From Hemiscyllium ocellatum (lineage: Eukaryota), in assembly GCF_020745735.1 (NCBI RefSeq), contig NC_083409.1, forward strand, positions 18,744,341 through 18,808,340: a stretch of 64,000 nt of DNA, in the 5' to 3' direction. Below the pieces are notes generated by a model. It searched no databases, had not been told where the DNA came from, and saw nothing but the letters and a program-made list of their open reading frames with translations. This document shows positions 61,223-64,000 of the stretch, piece after piece. A program made the translations under genes and the position numbers. Positions within the stretch are counted from its first letter, which is position 1, and each line of letters opens with the position of its first letter.

Positions 61223-61926
61223 CAGTGTGAGTGTTTTACTTTATGCTGCCTGTAGGTGTCTCTCTCAGTGTGGGTGTGTTACTTAGTGCAACCAGTAGGT
61301 GTCTCTCTCAGAGCACATGTGTTACTCTGTGCTGCCTATAGGTGTCTGTCTCAGTGTGAGTGATGATTTGGAGATGCCGGTGTTGGACTGGGGTGTACAA
61401 AGTTAAAAATCACACAACACCAAGTTATAGTCCAACAGGTTTAACTGGAAGCACACATGTTTTCAGAGCAAACGCTCACAATCACCTGTTGAAGGATTGC
61501 TGCTCCGAAAGCTAGTGTGCTTCCAACTAAACCTTTAGATTAGATTACTTTCAGTGTGGAAACAGACCCTTCAAGTCCACACCGACCCGCCGAAGCACAA
61601 CCCACCCATACCCCTACATTTACCTCACACTACGGGCAATTTAGCATGGCCAATTCACCTGACCTGCGCATCTTTGTGACTGTGGGAGGAAACCGGAGTA
61701 CCCGGATGAAACCCACATAGACAGGGGGAGAACGTGCAAACTCCACACAGTCAGTCGCCTGAGTCAGGAATTGAACCCGGGTCTCAGACGCTGTGAGACA
61801 GCAGTGTTGGACTATACCTGCTGTTGTGTGATTTTTAACTCAGTGCGAGTGTGTTACTCTGTGCTGCCTGTAGGTGTCTCTCTCAGTGTGAGTGTGTTAC
61901 TCTGTGTTGCCTGTAGGTGTCTCTCT
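61223..61926. repeat. 43-bp minisatellite interrupted by a nested palindromic element and SINE
   Basis: Unit CAGTGTGAGTGTGTTACTCTGTGCTGCCTGTAGGTGTCTCTCT at 61223, 61266, 61309, 61352 (partial), 61841 and 61884. Confidence 0.9.
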
Positions 61927-62859
61927 GAGGTCTGTGTCTCCGAGCGATGGATTGAGAATGGGCTTTGTGCTGGAGATTGAAGATGAGGCTTTAATCTTCT
62001 CAAATCATGAATGAAAAACAGTTCAGCTGATTCAGTCTGAGAGGCAGTTCATTCAGATGGCCAAAGTTAAAAAGCACACAATACCAGGTTTGAGTCAAAC
62101 AGGTTTATTTGGAAGTAGAAGTACTTGGTGCGCTGTTCCTTCATCAGGTAGCTGGAGGGGCAGGATCACAGGACACAGAGTTTATAGTGTTTCATATGGC
62201 AGCTGAGAGTGTATTCTCGGTAAAGGAGGGGTTTCAGAGGCAGTGGGCACTGTGCTCCCTAATGTGTTGCCCAATTACAAGGGGATTTTCTGGATACAGG
62301 TTCAGAGCAAGAGTGGCTGCCTGCCCAGCCAATGCTGGCTCACCGTAGTTGTATTTCAGTTGTCAATTAGCCCGAAATTAGGAGCAGCAATATTACCTTC
62401 CAGGGAGGGGAGCTGTCTGAGGGAGGGAGGTTGAATTCTTGCAGCCCAAGAGAGGTTGCCGTGGATTAATGACAGGTATGACCACCATGAAGGTGCCAAG
62501 TTCTCTCCTCCTGTCCCAGCTGTGATGCTCCTCAGGTTAAAAACGTGACTGCACTCCTTTAGGATGCTGACCATGTTCCTGGGTGAGGTAGGGAGGGAAG
62601 GTCAGCCTCCCCCAAAGGCAGCACAAGCTGGATCGAAGGGGCATCAAGAGTAAGTATGGGGAGATTGAGGGTGACAGAAGGAGGGGGTTGGTTCGCAGGT
62701 TGTTATTCAGAATCAGGTCCCAGAGTCCTGCTCCTTGGATGCTGCCTGACCTGCTGCGCTTTTCCAGCAACACATTTACAGCTCTGATCTCCAGCATCTG
62801 CAGTCCTCACTTTCTCCTATCAGTCCTTCTGACAGTCCCTTTTTTTCAGAACCTCTGAC

Positions 62860-64000
62860 ACTCCTGTTTTTTTTTTCTATTACCCCCACACTACTGCCTA
62901 ACTGCGGTAGTGCTTATTTTTTCTCCAGCACCCATGTTGTGTGTGTGCAGGTGTGAGACACAGTGAGAGACACAAGGCGTACAAATCTTTATTCAGTTTC
63001 CACCACCAGGAAGAAAGGAAACACCCGAGTGGCCTGTGACAAGCAGTGCCCTTCACATCAAAGGGCAATGCTGTGTGATCAAACAGTGCAGGGGAGGGCC
63101 GGGATTAAATCAAAATAGAGTTGGAGGGGAGATAATGCACTCCACTCCCTGTGGCGCCCCCCTCTCCCTGAACACCTCCAGGGTGTTGGTGGAGACTGTG
63201 TGCTCCTTCTCCAAGGACACCCGGGCTCTAACGTAACCGCGGAAGAGGGGCAGGCAGTCGGCCCTAACGACCCCCTCCACGGCCCACTGCCTGGAACTGT
63301 TTATGGCCAGTTTGTCCAGGCCCAGGAGCAGACCCACAAGGAGGTCTTCAGACCTGCCCTCCCTCCTCCGTACCGGGTGCCCGAAGATTACGTTCGTGGG
63401 ACTAAAGTGCAACCAAAAGCAGAGGATGAGGTTTTTAAGAAAATCAAAAAGGGAGTGCAAACAGCCACATCCAATGTACACGTGGTCCACCGACTCCACA
63501 GTGCCACAGAACAAGCAGTTGTTCTGGGAGTCCGTGAACCACCCCAATCTGCGGTTGCAGGGGACCGCTGCATGCAGCACTCTCCACCCCAGATCCCCGA
63601 GCGAAATGGGAAGGACTCTCATGTGGAAAGCCCTCCACTGGGCATCCCCACCGCCCGGTGGCAAATGGGCACGCCAAGGCGTGTCCGGATGGTGGATAAG
63701 GGAGAAGAGGTGGACGGTGTGCAGCAGCAGTCGATACAGGGTCTGCCTTTTTACATCCTTAAAAGGGACTAAATTTAAATTCCAGAGGTGGCTCAGGCTG
63801 TGGGACACAGGCTCCCGTGGGAAGTATGGGACCTTGGGGCCAATGTGAAATTCCGTCCGGTATGGGGTGAGCGCGGACGGGATCCTGCTGCACATCTGAG
63901 CATCCTCCAACTGGTGCACTACGTCGGGTCCGAGCACCGCTGTTTGACAGTCCCCTTTTCATCTGTCAGCCAGGACCCCCTTGATTGGACAAGGTTAACT
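62860..64000 (-). mobile_element. L1-Tx1 clade LINE, ORF2 C-terminus and 3' UTR
   Basis: ORF 63110-63937: DLGWRVLHAAVPCN..CLFCGTVESVDHVYIGC (zf-RVT/CCHC). A-rich tail at about 62867-62876 on the minus strand. Confidence 0.88.

Noticed and set aside
24900-61926. CRISPR-like array, or common origin of the two 43-bp minisatellites
   Set aside because: These are tandem units without unique spacers in eukaryotic DNA, and the two unit sequences share only a few bases.
62830-63960. TGACAGTCCC(C)TTTT direct repeats as the Tx1 target-site duplication
   Set aside because: Tx1-like coding similarity appears to run through the right-hand repeat and the left one is about 25 bp from the tail. The element probably extends beyond the window.

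Overview
Repeat-rich vertebrate genomic DNA, most likely from a shark. This is inferred from the cluster-type Ig gene, HE1-like SINEs and HER1/CR1-like LINEs; the species cannot be determined from sequence alone. The only host gene is one complete, unrearranged kappa-type (type III, NS4-like) Ig light-chain minilocus on the + strand: leader 27127-27175, V 27362-27660 with a perfect 12-RSS, a perfect 23-RSS with J 28137-28171, C 36949-37277 and a polyA signal at 37806. A second C exon (59867-60194) is a pseudogene with a dead splice acceptor, a nonsense codon and a frameshift. The flanks show inverted segmental duplication on both sides. The V 5' flank is mirrored at the window start, implying a head-to-head minus-strand cluster just off the left edge. 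The C 3' flank is mirrored at 50755-56622 (tail-to-tail). The pseudo-C block appears to have been flipped by a local inversion. The 3' arms contain islands of anomalously high identity, including 98% over 530 bp. The rest is transposon debris: CR1 (one young uninterrupted RT), L2-like, Tx1, Gmr1-like Gypsy, Penelope-like elements (PLEs) and SINEs. The PLE-derived repeats carry about ten minimal hammerhead ribozyme motifs in two families, one of them fully intact. Identities were counted by eye and TE boundaries are approximate.
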